Shown here: piece by piece, positions 1 through 13,264 of the stretch
Layout of the letters: every line of letters starts with the position of its first letter
How positions within the stretch are numbered: position 1 is the stretch's first letter
DNA from: Macrostomum hystrix
Lineage: Eukaryota; Animalia; Platyhelminthes
Assembly: GCA_950097015.1 (NCBI GenBank)
Contig: CATNEN010000039.1
Location: forward strand, 4,340,001 to 4,404,000
DNA length: 64,000 bases
Direction of reading: 5' to 3'
Position numbers and translations under genes: made by a program
The notes under the pieces: generated by a model
The model's database searches: none
The model's input: only the letters and a program-made list of their open reading frames with translations
What the model was told of the DNA's origin: nothing

Positions 1-445
1 TCCAACCACTCTCTGGGCCGCGCGGGGTGCAGCTTTCGCATTATCCGCTGCTGATTCCATTTGGTGCCATCGCTGTGCTCGAAGGTGTGGTGTCCAACCT
101 GGCGGAGCACTCGCAGCGGCTTTGAGAGGCGGGTGCTCAGCTTACCCTTCTTGGTGGGCAGTCGGATTCCACCCACTCGCCGGGGTGGAACGTCTCGGGG
201 CGGGCCATTCGCCTGGCGTCGGTGTTCGCCTTGATCCGCTGCTGCCGTTTCGATCTGCTGCCGCAGTGACTGAGGCATCGTTTCGGTCGTCTTTCTCCCT
301 CCCTCATGCTGATGAAGTGCCCACGTCCGGCCCAGCATGAGCGATCGTCCGGCAATTTGCCCGTCAGGCTGGGCTTTGAGCTCCGGTAGGCTGACAGAAA
401 GTCCCTCACGGAGTCTTGAAACGGCCTGTTGTCCGCCTTGGCTGC
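1..445 (-). mobile_element. Gypsy/Ty3 LTR retrotransposon integrase C-terminal remnant (frameshifted)
   Basis: Minus-strand frames give FLSAYRSSKPSLTGK..LMLGR, QRIKANTDARRMARPETFHPGEWV and PLRVLRQVGHHTFEHSDGTKWN. These resemble the YRxTPHxxTGxSPxELxxGR, FxxGDWV and GPY/F-region motifs of Gypsy integrases. Runs off the window edge. Confidence 0.7.
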
Positions 446-1391
446 GGAAAGTAGAAAAGTTGATAAAATACTCAGTCATTCGATTCTTCGAATGATCGAT
501 GAGACTTCGATCGCCCGTTGGATCGATCTTTGATTCAAATTGGTTACATTAGTCAATTTCCACCGATGTTTTACTCCCGAATGAAAGATCGTGCCATGAC
601 ATTGAAAAATACTGATGTTTATCAAGCGATAAACCGTAATTTAATTTAATTTTAATTTAATTTACGAAAGAAGTGACATGGGGATCACAGTTAACGTCAC
701 AACGTGATTAAACAAATGTTTCAAAACCGCAGCAAAATTTAAACGTTTGTGAAAGTTTTGCTAATAAAATATTTAACATAAAAGTAAAATTAAGAAAAGC
801 AACCTGTTTGGAAATACTTAAACATAAGCAGTTAACAAATCACGGGCCGTTGTTTAGAGATCACTTTTAATTCGAGAACATTGTTTAGTTTAAGAGATAT
901 CTAGCCGACGAAAACTAGCTTTAAAACTACTTTCGTACGGAAAGCATTACTACCGAATTACAGAGAGTGGATTTAGTATATGGTAAGTTAGAAAAATGAA
1001 GCTTGTCGTGCCTTTAAGTTCGGTTATTCTCCTATCTTTATTATTTGCTCAATAGCGTGAGTGAGTTACAAAAAATACATTATATGTAGCTTTTACACTA
1101 CTTCCTCTTTGCTTCTGACGTGAAACACGAACAATTTGTCATGAGCTGCTTTGCAGTTACACTTGTTATTGTTGCTGTTGTACTTGGTCATTTATTTGTC
1201 TGCTGTGTAGCTATGGCTTCTGTCTCTATACTTTTTTTACTGCGAGGCCAGGCTAGTGCTATTGCACCGACTGATATCTGCGTTTTGTTTGTAGGCCTAC
1301 CGAATATATAAAAATTTAAGCGAAAGCCAAAGGCAGTGTAACAACATAGCATAAAAACTAGTTTTTAAACATAACAGAAAATGATATTTTA

Positions 1392-2323
1392 AATTAGTCA
1401 TTAATAATAGATAGTTGAAATTGAAATTAGATTTCTGCCACAAAAAAACTTGCTCTCTGGTGCCATAACCATTTCAGGCCAAAAACAATTTTGGTCCTAA
1501 TTTGATTGTTTTAATATCATTTTGTCTCCTTATGTGTTTGTTTATTGATAAAAAAGATGCATTACTGCAGGTTACAATGCAAACAGTTACTTTATTAAAC
1601 TAGTTGAATTTAAAATTACAGAAGGGCATGCTCTATGACATGTGCTAATATAGCTGTAAGATGTAGTGAAAAACAAACCACTGCCTAGTTATAAATAACT
1701 TTTTTACTGTGTCATTTTTAGAAAGACTATCTTATTTATAAGCTTTTGAAATGCTGTTTCTTCTGTGCATATCTAAGCCTGCTTGCTCTCTGGGGCATTA
1801 GCTAGCTTTTTGACTTTATGTATGTAACACAATTGATAATTACAAATAACGTCAAAGTAAACTGGTGGGACTCTAATACAGAAACAGAACTTGTCAGCAC
1901 CCAAGCTTGGTTTAAAAAAATTATTTGAAACAAAGTACTTTAAATGTCAAATTCTTTCTCTATCATTGTCTACAATATTAAAAAAATAGAATATTCATTT
2001 TTATAAGAAATAGTATTATTTTCAATTAAGCCCAACAGGCTTGCCGCAAATTGTTTTGCTTGACATGTTTACACTTTATCGACAAAAATTATAATGGCCA
2101 AAATGATTGATTACCTGTAAATGCCAAAATGGCCACACAAAAAATAGTCATAAGCCAAAATGGTCAGACAATGCTATTGCCTCACACAAGACAACTTTTG
2201 CCATATGAAAGGCTCTAAATTATTTGTCATTAATTAGTCATTAAAAATAGATAGTTGAAATTGAAATTAGATTTCTGCCACAAAAAAAACTTGCTCTCTG
2301 GTGCCATAACCATTTCAGGCCAA
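1392..2323. repeat. ~91-bp near-identical direct repeat pair (1392-1482 and 2232-2323)
   Basis: aattagtcattaa..gatagttgaaattgaaattagatttctgccac..ttgctctctggtgccataaccatttcaggccaa occurs twice, about 840 bp apart. Confidence 0.9.
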
Positions 2324-3756
2324 TTTTAATAAAATTAAAATTACAATAAAAAGAAACCATGTAAGAACTTGCATGGCTTTCTCATTAGAAATAAATATGC
2401 CCCTGCCAGCTTCAATCCATATAAAATATATTTGCTAGAACATGTTTGTGCTGCAAATAATTTAATTACCGAGTCTAGTTGGGAAAATGAAACTTTGAGT
2501 GTCTGAAAAATATTTATGTTTAAATCACATGTGTAAACGTTTCCATTATTAAAACTTATTAAACATTTTTCTTAGGCTTGTTTGATTGTCCTGATAACAG
2601 AAATACTGATACCTTAGTTGTTTACATTTGATTTTTTATTTGTTGACCTTTGATATATGGCCTTTGTGTCAAGTGGCTGTTTTGGTGTGTGTGGCCATTT
2701 TACTGTAGCAGCACTGGTACCAGCATATCTGACTAGAAACAGTGGTTTTAGGGCTAATATTGGTGATTAATTTTGAGGATATATACTTTTTTGGTTTAAA
2801 CTTAGTCTTAAGGAAGCAAATTCTACATTTTAGAAGCTATAACATGAATAAAGCAAAGAATTAAATCAAGAATATATAATATTTTAAAGCTATGCTTAAG
2901 CAACTAAATTTTATTTAATATTGTAATGGGTCTAGTTTAAAAAAGCCAGGCAATAGCATCCCATTCATTGTAAGTATTTTAGTGCCACCTTTCAATTTTG
3001 CTTCAGTTTTTCTATCTCTAAAGAAAAATACAATATATATACTTCAACCCTTATGCATGTTTGGCCTAATGTGTACATTTTCAATACTGCAGGTGTCTAC
3101 AATTTAATTGTAAGTATGACTGACACTCTTACACCTGAATAGAAATTTTCATAGCTATATTACTAGCCTGAGAGGAGTAATTAGTGAAAATGTTTTAGAT
3201 AATTTAGCATAGCTAGACAATTTGAAAAGTCATGTGTCAAATTAGTTTTTTTCTTTTAAAGATCCAATGTAATCATCTATGTATATCTATATGTTATAAC
3301 TGGTGATGGCTTGTATATTTCAAACAGCTTTTTCAATATGTGCTATTAAAAGTGTGTGTTTTGCTGATCTACAAATGAAAATTATTAGGTTGTGGTTAAG
3401 CTGTGATTAGTATGATTAAATCTGTTTATCCCAAACAATTCTTTGAAACTGACTCACTAGAGATTATGTGTTATGAGTAGCTAACTGTATTGTAAAAAAC
3501 TGTGTTAATGTTGCTTAATTGAAATGATTTTGATTGTAAGAGTGATAAACACAGGTTAATCTCTGATAAACCTGTGTCAAATTACTTTTGTCAAAGTAAA
3601 CTGTTACAAATATTCTAAATGGGCCTTGCGGGATATTATATTCTAAATTTTGTAAGAACAAAAAGCCATTATCTATGACTATTGTTAGCAATTGTTGTAA
3701 GTATTGGTTATAGGCTATTTAAGTTAAAGTTTAGTTAAGTGTATATTAGTGTAAAT

Positions 3757-4160
3757 CAGGGGTAGGCAAACTTATTTGCTGGCAGGCCAAAGAGAGAACC
3801 TAAATGATGACAGCGGGCTGCATTGACTGTATAAATATGAGATAGGGGAGGGATGAGACACGGGAGAGATGAGACACGGGAGAGATTAGACACAGGAAAG
3901 ATGGGACACGAGAGAGAGATGAGACACGGGAGAGATAAGACACGGGAGAGATTAGACACGGGAGAGATTAGACACAGGAGAGATGAGACACATAAAGATG
4001 GGACATGAGAGAGATGAGACACGGGAGAGATTAGACACAAGAGAGATTAGACACGAGATAGATGTAACAGGACACTGCAGATGTCAGAAGGGGCAACGGG
4101 CCGGATTTGGGAGCTTTGAGGGCCACATCTGGCCCGCGGGCCGGAGTTTGCCGACCCCTG
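3757..4160. mobile_element. Non-autonomous hAT (Charlie/Buster-like) MITE with internal minisatellite
   Basis: TIRs caggggtaggcaaac...gtttgccgacccctg; perfect 8-bp TSD gtgtaaat at 3749-3756 and 4161-4168; internal gagagatgagacacgg repeats. Confidence 0.9.
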
Positions 4161-5164
4161 GTGTAAATGATAAATTTCAAGTGTAAAGTGTAATAAAGTG
4201 TAAATTTCAAACTTGGGTATGAAATTAGCATGTGGATGAAGGTAATGCTGTCTGTGTGTGTGCAAATATTTTAAAGTACATTCTGGCTAGTTATGTTAAT
4301 AAATTACTTCGTGCCAGTTTTGTTTTTTGTTTTTCAGCCCCGCTTTATACCCGATTGTTATTGAACTAGTAGCTGTTTTTAAAGTACTAACAAGGCATGT
4401 GCTACTGACAAAATGCACTGAATTATCTACTTTCTTTTCTGTTGGTCTGTTGTCACACATATAACTCATATAGCATATTTTCAGTTAGTGCATAAAGATA
4501 TTGTCTGTGTTATCTGCAATACAGTTCTATCTACTAACCTTAAGGTTTAAGGTAACCTGTTTAACCTTCAGATATTTTACATATTTTTTTCATGTAAAAT
4601 GACATGTACATTTTATGCAGCTTTAAGTGAGGTGAAGACACTATTGGTGAAATCACTTTGTATTTTTCTGCATTTAAAGTGGTGAATACATTTTATACCC
4701 TTGTTGTTCTAATAGCCGCAGGTTTTAAAATTTCTGCCGTCATTATAAAATTTATTTGACCATATTTTCTTACCAAAAAGTGAGGAAAACAGAACCTCAG
4801 TGTTTACAGACAATTGTTGGCAAAAGGATACTGTAATGGTATTATGCAGTTATTTAAATTAATATAGTTTATTTCAGAATGTGTTAAGTTATTTTTCAAA
4901 AGATATGTTGTCTGATCTCTACAGTTAATGGTGTGCTACTTATACTTACTTATTCTACCCTTCCTGATTTTGATCCTGATGCAGGAGCGAGTAACACTTT
5001 AGCCACTTCGGCCAGCCAATTACAATCAGGAGCGAACATAGCAATATCAATTACAATACAATGCCGATGCCCGCAAACTTTAACAAGTACATAGTGTCAC
5101 TATGTCACATCTCCCCCCATAGTCAGCGCGATCGCCGTAGCTTATCTCAGTATGTGCTCGATAA

Positions 5165-5310
5165 AAATGTTTCTAAATATGGAATGGTTGTTTCTAAATA
5201 TAGAATGGTTGCTTCTAAAAATAGAATGGTTGTTTCTAAATATAGAATGGTTGCTTCTAAATATAGAATGGTTGTTTCTAAATATAGAATGGTTGTTTCT
5301 AAGTATAGAA
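5165..5310. repeat. 21-bp minisatellite (ttctaaatatagaatggttgy)
   Basis: About 6-7 tandem copies visible. Confidence 0.9.
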
Positions 5311-5550
5311 TTTTTGGTTATAAATATTGATTGGTTGTTTCTTAATATAGTTAGGTCGTTTAAATTTATTTTCGTTTTAAAAATGCATAAATTTTAGTAT
5401 GAAACAGATCAAGTCTAGTTTTGCGATAGTTTGCAATTCGCAGAGTCGATAAAAAACAGGTATAAAAACTTACTGCAAGCTCACTCCGCACAGTTTACTC
5501 CCAGGAATGGTGAAGACTCTGGTTCGCTAGACAACTCAACCAACGATACC

Positions 5551-5689
5551 ATGGTTGCTCTTGGCAGCGGAAGCAGAGAGTTCTACATCGGCCTGTTCTT
5601 GGCCATGAGCTCAAGTTTGTTTATCGGCGCCAGCTTCATCTTGAAGAAGAAGGCGCTGATCAGATTGGCCAATCGCGGCATTCGAGCTG
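5551..5689 (+). CDS. NIPA2: NIPA-family magnesium transporter (NIPA2-like), coding exon 1
   Basis: [42 protein letters not shown]; donor gt at 5690. The start may extend upstream because the frame is open back through candidate acceptors near 5493-5504. Confidence 0.85.
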
Positions 5690-5892
5690 GTGTGTGAAAC
5701 AAAGGATTTTTGGGGATTCTGGATTATGGGGAATTGGTTTAATTGATCCAAATTTTAGGATTAGGTATAGTTTCATAGAGCTCATATCTAGGATTTCGAA
5801 AGGGTGTGGGATTTAAAACATCTTTGCGTGGATTTTGGTCAAAGCATTTTAGATACATGAGCTGGTTTGGGATTTTAAAGCTGTGTAATTTA

Positions 5893-6547
5893 GGGTAGGA
5901 CTACCTAGCCGTATTGCCCCCAGGTTTTATACCGAGAATTATTCCCTCCCCTGACAATTATTTTTGCTGTACCCGAACGGAGCAATGCAAGCACACAAAA
6001 CTCAAGAAGACGGCACAAATTTTTATTACGCATCTTCGGAAACAAGAATCAAGTCGCCAGCCCTTCCGACCGTCGAGATATTCAATGGTTCTTGCCGAAG
6101 GAGGGCAGATTTTTTTCCAAAAGAGCTAGTGTATTTCATACCCTTATATAAAAATTAGCACTGCGCCTCAGCGCACCCTTGCCAGGCCTTCAAACTTTAT
6201 CAGCACGCCACGCCAACGCGTCTGCATCATCTCCGTCTTCGGTGGTCACCGATTTTTATCTAGACGGAGCTGCTGGACCTTCAATAAGTGGCACTGGCAG
6301 ACTATGGACACCCTGATCTAAATTTCTCCCATTTCGCTGATCAAGCCTCAACATTGGACGGAGCTCAACCACAGGACCCTCGCCTAGTCTGTCAACCAAT
6401 CAGTCACCACCCGACGCCGTCAGCACCGTCAGCAGGGTGCTTCCAGCTGGCTATGGAGTCCCTAAAGCGAACTTGTTGCTCCGTTCGGGTGCAGCAAAAA
6501 TAAATTTCAAGGGGTGGAAATCTTCCCCCTTTGTAGTTCTACTGTTA
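5893..6547. mobile_element. MITE-like element in NIPA intron 1
   Basis: Subterminal inverted repeat tgctgtacccgaacggagcaa (~5965) / ttgctccgttcgggtgcagca (~6476); ends gtagttctactgttaa; an inverted homologous copy lies at ~30870-31190. Confidence 0.65.
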
Positions 6548-6637
6548 ATCTGTTAGGATTTATTAGCAAAGCTTTATGCTTAGGGAATTTCTGTCAAGTC
6601 ATTCCTTGGTTAGATTGATCCCCGGATCCCCCCATAG

Positions 6638-6946
6638 GCGATGGCGGCTACGGCTACCTGACCGATGTGGTCTGGTGGTCCGGCTTCCTAATGATGGGCG
6701 CTGGCGAGGGCGCCAATTTCGCCGCCTACGCCTTCGCCCCGGCCTCCCTGGTGACACCGCTTGGCGCCCTCAGCGTGCTAGTCAGCGCTGTGCTGTCGTC
6801 CAGATTCTTGAACGAGCGGCTGAACCTGTTGGGCAAGATCGGCTGCCTGGTGTGTATCCTGGGCTCCACCATGGTAGTAATTCATGCGCCCAAGGAGCAG
6901 GAAGTGAACAATATCTATGATCTGACTGAGAAGCTGCAGGACTATG
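6638..6946 (+). CDS. NIPA2: NIPA2-like, exon 2
   Basis: Acceptor ccatag; [54 protein letters not shown] is the classic NIPA motif; donor g|gtgag; phases compatible. Confidence 0.95.
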
Positions 6947-7149
6947 GTGAGCATTTTGGGAAAGTGTTTGAGAATTGCGAATATTTTTACTAGTATCCTA
7001 CTGACAGTAGAAATACAGCAATAATAGCATTATAATTCACGAAGACGTCCAGCAGAGCTTATCACTTGCATTTGGCAAAATAGGACATTGAGTGCTGACT
7101 TTATTACATATTATGTTGTCCAAGCTAAACCTAAACCAGTTTGACCTGG

Positions 7150-7320
7150 GCTTTAGTGGCAGAGCAGTCTAACGCATTTGCCTCTCGCACCAAGGTCCCT
7201 GAGCTCGATTCCGCGGCGAGGTCATTTTTAGCGTGAAAATTCACTGCCTGACAATTAGAAAGCGGAAACAAGAGCAGATGTTCAGGAGTCAGCGAAATGA
7301 CTGCTGGTCTGTGTCACCTC
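7150..7320 (+). mobile_element. tRNA-derived SINE family A, degenerate copy
   Basis: A-box tggcagagcagtc and B-box-like gctcgattcc; homologous to the copy at 24200. Confidence 0.7.
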
Positions 7321-7478
7321 AATGAAGTTACGATAATCTGTTGAGCCAGTGGCACGGCCGCAGCTAGGATTGTCGGGGATTCGAACCACTGACTTGTCGT
7401 TAAAATTGTCCAAATGATTAAGTAAAGAGCTTATTACTAAGCTAATTTCTCTATTTAATCGCAATGCCACATTCGCAG

Positions 7479-8149
7479 GCTTTGTAATCTACGTAATCAT
7501 CGTGTTGGGATCATCGGCGGTGCTAATATTCTATTTTTCCCCGCGCTACGGCAGCACGAATCCCCTGGTGTACATCACCATCTCCGGTTCGCTTGGCTCC
7601 CTGTCAGTCATGGGCTGCAAGGGCGTCGGGGTGGCCATCAAGCAGACCATTGTGGGCAAGAATGCCTTTGCGTCTCCTATCACTTGGATTCTCATTTTAT
7701 CAGTCATCGCCTGCGTCACCATTCAGATGAACTACCTGAATAAGGCTCTGGATATTTTCAACACCAGCGTGGTCACTCCAATACTGTACGTGTTCTTTAC
7801 AACTTTCGTCATCATCGCCTCGTCCATTCTGTACAAGGAGTGGCTAAACATGAGCCCGGAGGACGTGCTGGGCAATCTGGTTGGCTTCAGCACCATCATC
7901 AGCGGCATATTCTTATTGAATGCTTTCAAAGAATTCGACATTCACCTGAGCAATCTCAATGTTAGAGTGCAGAGATCTGACCTGGGCAGCGACAGTGCAG
8001 TCAGCGGCATTCAAGGCCGACTCGCTGCCAACGGCGGCTCCTCCCTACGCGGCGACGATCAGAGCAGAGAACGCCTGCTGGCGTCCGATGGCGACGAGAG
8101 CAGCTTGGAGGGCGAGCATTCGCCCATTGTGTCTAGCGGCTTGGCGTAA
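7479..8149 (+). CDS. NIPA2: NIPA2-like, exon 3 (terminal)
   Basis: Acceptor ttcgcag; YITISGSLGSLSVMGCKGVGVAIK and QMNYLNKALDIFNTSVVTPILYVFFTT; stop taa at 8147-8149. Confidence 0.95.
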
Positions 8150-8252
8150 TTACCCTTCTATACCTTCGATTTTGCTTACTTTTGCTTATTCAGCTATTCC
8201 TGCAGTTTCCTCTCCTTTGATTGGCTTTTTTACTTATTGGATTCTCAATCAT

Positions 8253-9218
8253 CTGCTGTCTGACACTATCATGACTGCTGTCTGACACTATCATGACTGC
8301 TGTCTGACACTATCATGACTGCTGTCTGACACTATCATGACTGCTGTCTGACACTATTATGACTGCTGTCTGACTCTATTATGACTGCGGTCTGACACTA
8401 TTATGACTGCTGTCTGACACTATTATGACTGCTGTCTGACACTATCATGACTGCTGACTGACACTATCATGACTGCTGTCTGACACTATCATGACTGCTG
8501 TCTGACACTATTATGACTGCTGTCTGACACTATCATGACTGCTGACTGACACTATCATGACTGCTGTCTGACACTATCATGACTGCTGTCTGACACTATT
8601 ATGACTGCTGTCTGACACTATCATGAGTGCTGTCTGACACTATCATGACTGCTGTCTGACACTATCATGACTGCTGTCTGACACTATTATGACTGCTGTC
8701 TGACACTATTATGACTGCTGTCTGACACTATCATGGGTGCTGTCTGACACTATCACGAATGTTTTTCATATTCATAGTCAGAAAAAATGACCGTAGTCTG
8801 ACATTATCAGGATTGCAGTCTGACACTATCATAAGTGCAGTCTAACACTATAATAAGTGCAGTCTGACACTATAATGACTGCTGTCTGACACTATAATAA
8901 GTGCAGTCTGACACTATAATGACTGCTGTCTGACACTATAATAAGTGCAGTCTGACACTATAACGACTGCTGTCTGACACTATAATGAGTGCTGTCTGAC
9001 ACTATAATGAGTGCTGTCTGACACTATCATGAGTGCTGTCTGACACTATAATGACTGCTGCCTGACACTATCATGACTGCTGTCTGACACTATAATGAGT
9101 GCTGTCTGACACTATAATGAGTGCTGTCTGACACTATTATGACTGCTGTCTGACACTATAATGACTGCTGCCTTACACTATCATGACTGCTGTCTGACAC
9201 TATCATAAGTGCAGTCTG
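8253..9218. repeat. 22-bp minisatellite (ctgctgtctgacactatcatga), probably in the NIPA 3' UTR
   Basis: Tandem array in two blocks with a degenerate junction near 8760-8800. Confidence 0.95.
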
Positions 9219-9589
9219 AAAATGACTTCAGTTCGCATCTACTTGATTGCGTCTAGGCAAAAAATGAAAAAGAACACAGGAAGAAACATTATAGTTTACC
9301 ACGGTCTTCATAAGCAAATATTTCAGGGTCGTTTTATTTTATATCATTTTTCTGCCTTAATACCTGCCGTAGTCGCTGTTTCTGTTTTATTTAGGCAATG
9401 TATGTTGTCTTCTCATTTTATTCTGTTTAATGCATCCAGTGTCATTATTTATATGTGCTAGTAGTATGTAGCGGGCATGACAACCTGACCTTTGGACCGA
9501 AGCTTTCATTCGATTTCATTCTGCCGTCATTAATTTAGCGACTTAAGAGCAATGCGCAGGCTAATTACTGCAAAGAAATCCTATCCATT

Positions 9590-10075
9590 ACCTGTATCCC
9601 TATCTGTGTCCCTATCTGTGTCCCTATCTATCTGTATCCCTATCTGTGTCCCTATCTATCTGTATCTCTATCTGTCTGTACCCCTATCTGTCTGTACCCC
9701 TATCTATCTGTATCTCTATCTATCTATATCCCCATCTATCTGTATCTCTATCTATCTATATCCCCATCTATCTGTATCCCTATCTATCTGTATCCCTATC
9801 TATCTGTATCCCTATCTATCTGTTTCCCTATCTATCTGTATCTCTATCTATCTATATCCCTATCTATCTGTATCTCTATCTATCTATATCCCCATCTATC
9901 TGTATCTCTATCTATCTGTATCCCTATCTATCTGTATCCCTATCTATCTGTATCCCTATCTATCTGTATCCCTATCTATCTGTTTCCCTATTATCTGTAT
10001 CTCTATCTATCTGTATCCCTATCTATCTGTATCCCTATCTATCTGTATCCCTATCTATCTATATCCCTATCTGTC
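9590..10075. repeat. 16-bp minisatellite (tatctatctgtatccc)
   Basis: Tandem array. Confidence 0.95.
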
Positions 10076-11429
10076 TGATGTTGCTGAGTTTCAACTGAGT
10101 GTCAATTAAGTTGCAGCCAGTGTGTCCGCCCCATGCTCAATTACTGTACTCAGGTGCCAGCAGCGATCGGTAACTTACGGTGTCTCTGATAAGTCGCAGA
10201 GAGCTGCAGAAGACTAATTGAAAAGGATGTGATGCATCGCACACATTGTACAGTTGTTTCAGTTAATACGAATGGCATGTACTCCTATTAGCTAACAGTA
10301 ACAATATTATGTATATAAAAATGTTATCGGATTGCCATATTACTACTAGCCTAATCTTAGAAGTAGCTAACAGAGGGCAGTAAGCTGTAATTTTCTGTAG
10401 TTTTTTAGACTATAGCTAACATTTCATCCTCTGGTTTAATGATCTGAATATTCTGAGTACTAATGCATCAAACAATACAACCCGCGTGTAAAAATTTGAA
10501 TTGAAAACCACTAACAATAATGTTTTACAATAGCAAACGGCTAATAACTGTTAAATAAGCAATATATTGTGCCTGCCAAACTTACATAAGCCTGTGTATT
10601 ATTTGCATGATTTTTTACCGTTTGTTTTAAAATTGACACTTATTTTCTAGATGGGAAATGATTATTTAGTTTTTTTTAAGCCCGCTCCACACAATGAAAA
10701 TCGCCTGCAGCCACATTGCCGTATTCGAAGTTCAGCCGTGTAAGGTATTCTAGACTGACAGTTTATTTTGCCAAATTGCACTACTTACAGATGCGCCGGA
10801 TGAACACAACCCGTCTTTAAAAATTATTTTTGTACTTTTCTAATTGATTCGCCCCTTCTTAAGTTAATTGAGAGCGAAAATTAGCTGTTGTTTTTTACAC
10901 CAATACCTGGCTTATTTGATTTACATGAATTGCTGTCAATAATGTTATCCATATCCCAGTGTGAGTCATTAAATATCAGATAGACTTAAAGTTATCCCAC
11001 AGGTCCATTAGACATTTGTGTATTTTTATCTGGCGCTTGAAAACCGGAAAACCATGCTAATATTGCACCACTTGCGGTTAGCAGCAGCCATTTTACAAGA
11101 AATCTACTTTTTTGTGATATTTGCAATCTAAAATTTGTCTGCAGAAGCAAAAAATTAACTTCGTAACATTTTTGTACCGTTTATAGTTAATTTATTTTAC
11201 ATTATTAACCATACTTGTACTTCTTCTTCGAAGGTAGCGTGAAACCTTTTTTCCGAAGCAGATAGATTTTCCATCTGTAGCAAACCAGAAAATTTCCTTT
11301 GATTTCATTTTTACAAGGCATGTGGCATGTTTTTCTTGTGACTGCGATTTCTCCACTAAACTTAATTAGAGCGTATCTTTGGTAGGCGTTTTTGTGAGTG
11401 TTGGCGTTCTTTGAGAGTGTTTTGGCAGG

Positions 11430-11732
11430 GTAAGGGGGTTGGCGTGTTTCGGGGGTTGGTGTTTTGGGGGTTGGTGTTTTAGGGGTTGGCGTGTTTTGGG
11501 GGTTGGTGTTTTAGGCGTTGGCGTGTTTTGGGGGTTGGTGTTTTAGGGGTTGGCGTGTTTTGGGGGTTGGTGTTTTAGGGGTTGGCGTGTTTTGGGGGTT
11601 GGTGTTTTAGGGGTTGGCGTGTTTTGGGGGTTGGTGTTTTAGGGGTTGGCGTGTTTTGGGGGTTGGTGTTTTAGGGGTTGGTGTTTTGGGGGTTGGTGTT
11701 TTGGGGGTTGGTGTTTTAGGGGGTTGGCGTGT
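11430..11732. repeat. G/T-rich ~32-bp minisatellite (ggggttggcgtgttttgggggttggtgtttta)
   Basis: Tandem array with regular G4-G5 runs. Confidence 0.9.
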
Positions 11733-12284
11733 ATTAGAAGTGATGTAATTTAAATGTTTTGATTATTTAATGTATTAAGAAGGCTTAGCGTTCTTTGTGG
11801 GTCAGTGTCCGACACATTTTCTTTGTAACTTATTTTTAAATCAAGTAAGTGCACTAGCATTATGCGAGTGCATTGTTTTTAAAGAGTTTGCTGTCTGAAT
11901 CATTTTATTTCTTTGCATGAAAATTACTTTTAGCGTGCTTGTTTTATTTGTACTTAAAATAATTTCTCTTTAGCCGCCTTTTTATATAGCTGTTGCTAGC
12001 TATTTGATAGGCGTGTTTAATGTAATGCATTGCTACAAATGCAACTCGTATATATTATTCTTTTATAAACTGCGAACTGATAGTATTAAAACAAACAGCC
12101 GAAGAATATAATAAATGCAGCGTACATGTATCCCTAACATGACATTAGTACATGAGCTTCGTGTTGTTTTTATGGTTTTGTTTTTTTACTTTTTTCTTTT
12201 TCTCCGTCAATTAGGATCGTCAGGTTGGTTGGGGTAGGTTAGATCAGGTCAGGTAGGCTAGGTTAGTCAGTCAGTTAGGTTATT

Positions 12285-13010
12285 TCAGGTAGGTCAGGTG
12301 AGTCATGTTAGGTAGGTCAGGTGTGTCATGTCAGGTAGGTCAGGTGTGTCATGTCAGGTAGGTCAGGTGTGTCATGTCAGGTAGGTCAGGTGTGTCATGT
12401 CAGGTAGGTCGGGTGTGTCATGTCAGGTAGGTCAGGTGTGTCATTTCAGGTAGGTCAGGTGTGTCATGTCAGGTAGGTCGGGTGTGTCATGTCAGGTAGG
12501 TCAGGTGTGTCATGTCAGGTAGGTCAGGTGTGTCATTTCAGGTAGGTCAGGTGTGTCATTTCAGGTAGGTCAGGTGTGTCATGTCAGGTAGGTCGGGTGT
12601 GTCATGTCAGGTAGGTCAGGTGTGTCATGTCAGGTAGGTCAGGTGTGTCATGTCAAGTAGGTCAGGTGTGTCATGTCAGGTATGTCAGGTGTGTCATTTC
12701 AGGTAGGTCAGGTGTGTCATGTCAGGTAGGTCGGGTGTGTCATGTCAGGTAGGTCAGGTGTGTCATGTCAGGTAGGTCAGGTGTGTCATGTCAGGAAGGT
12801 CAGGTGTGTCATGTCAGGTATGTCAGGTGTGTCATTTCAGGTAGGTCAGGTGTGTCATGTCAGGTAGGTCAGGTGTGTCATGTCAGGTAGGTCAGGTGTG
12901 TCATGTCAGGTTGGTCAGGTGTGTCATGTCAGGTTGGTCAGGTGTGTCATGTCAGATAGGTCAGGTGAGTCATGTCAGATAGGTCAGGTGAGTCACGTCA
13001 TGTTGGTCAG
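12285..13010. repeat. 23-bp minisatellite (caggtaggtcaggtgtgtcatgt)
   Basis: About 30 tandem copies immediately upstream of the SPMIP4-like start. Confidence 0.95.
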
Positions 13011-13094
13011 GTCGAATCCCTGCTTATATTTCAGCGTTACAGCGTGCATCTGCCGTGACTCTTCAGTCTCCAGCATTGGCAGCGGTTTACAGGC

Positions 13095-13189
13095 ATGGCT
13101 TTGGTTGACCAGCCAGTTGAGTTTCGGTTTCCATGGTTTCAGCAGGGTGGCACCGCCCCTACGGACTCCGATCAGACCCCAGTTGGAAG
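13095..13189 (+). CDS. C7orf31/SPMIP4-like protein, predicted exon 1
   Basis: ATG 2 nt after tttacag; MALVDQPVEFRFPW..; donor ag|gtaag; phase matches exon 2. Confidence 0.6.
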
Positions 13190-13264
13190 GTAAGAACTCT
13201 GCTGACCCTCATGCGTTAACTTTTAAACCTGTTGACCTTCATTTAATACTTTAATTTTTAACAG

